From contig JAHFJI010000002.1 of NCBI GenBank assembly GCA_023245955.1, forward strand, positions 1 through 51,429: 51,429 bases of DNA, written 5' to 3'. Within the stretch, counting starts at the first letter, position 1. Every line of letters starts with the position of its first letter. This document shows, piece after piece, positions 51,355 through 51,429 of this stretch. Origin of the DNA: Candidatus Doudnabacteria bacterium. Its GTDB lineage: Bacteria; Patescibacteriota; Doudnabacteria; UBA920. Made by a program: the position numbers and the translations under genes. Under the pieces are notes generated by a model. The model worked only from the letters and a program-made list of their open reading frames with translations. It searched no databases and had not been told where the DNA came from.

Positions 51355-51429
51355 GGAATTATTATATTTCAGCTTATACTTTACTAACTCTGTTATGAGC
51401 CCAATGGTTGCGTTGTATATTCGCTTAAA

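Overview
The window looks like a chromosomal segment from a small, AT-rich bacterial genome that uses the standard genetic code. RF2 is present and TGA is used as a stop codon. The gene content and repeat style resemble CPR/Patescibacteria, but that assignment is an inference and needs a database search.

Most of the window is housekeeping: rplU, recR, dnaB, cysS, a Kef-type antiporter, two tandem adk genes, map, an RRM RNA-binding protein, two ABC ATPases, rarA, rplA, prfB, ftsEX, rplI, pyrG, rpmA and gltX. There is also an envelope-glycosylation locus (two GT39 genes, one GT2, one WecA/MraY-like) and a 1177-aa secreted protein with sugar-dehydrogenase, PKD and four PA14 domains.

The standout feature is a compact, AT-rich block of about 5.45 kb (39511-44990) with 11 co-directional, overlapping minus-strand ORFs. 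Its content and order match a filamentous (inovirus-like) ssDNA prophage:
- an HUH rolling-circle Rep
- a gV-sized protein
- a Zot/pI-type assembly ATPase
- a gVI-like membrane protein
- two proteins with gIII architecture
- two micro-ORFs directly upstream of a textbook pVIII-like major coat protein

The block encodes no integrase and no secretin. It is bounded by a dif-like 11-6-11 site and a degenerate copy that share ACAATGTATG. That pattern suggests Xer-dependent integration, possibly at the replication terminus, because local gene orientation converges there.

Immediately to the right is a cell-wall remodelling cluster. Two paralogs share a pilin-like membrane module, including a 175-bp block of 100% identity, but carry different hydrolase heads (M15-like versus lytic transglycosylase). 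Each is preceded by a 21-bp perfect inverted repeat that shows a compensatory substitution between the two copies. An M23 peptidase gene follows.

The genome also carries several families of palindromic, MITE-like repeats. Two families are read through in frame inside rarA, and a 28-bp palindrome sits inside a DUF218 gene. I found no rRNA gene, tRNA gene or CRISPR array. All homology statements come from reading motifs by eye, and no searches were run.
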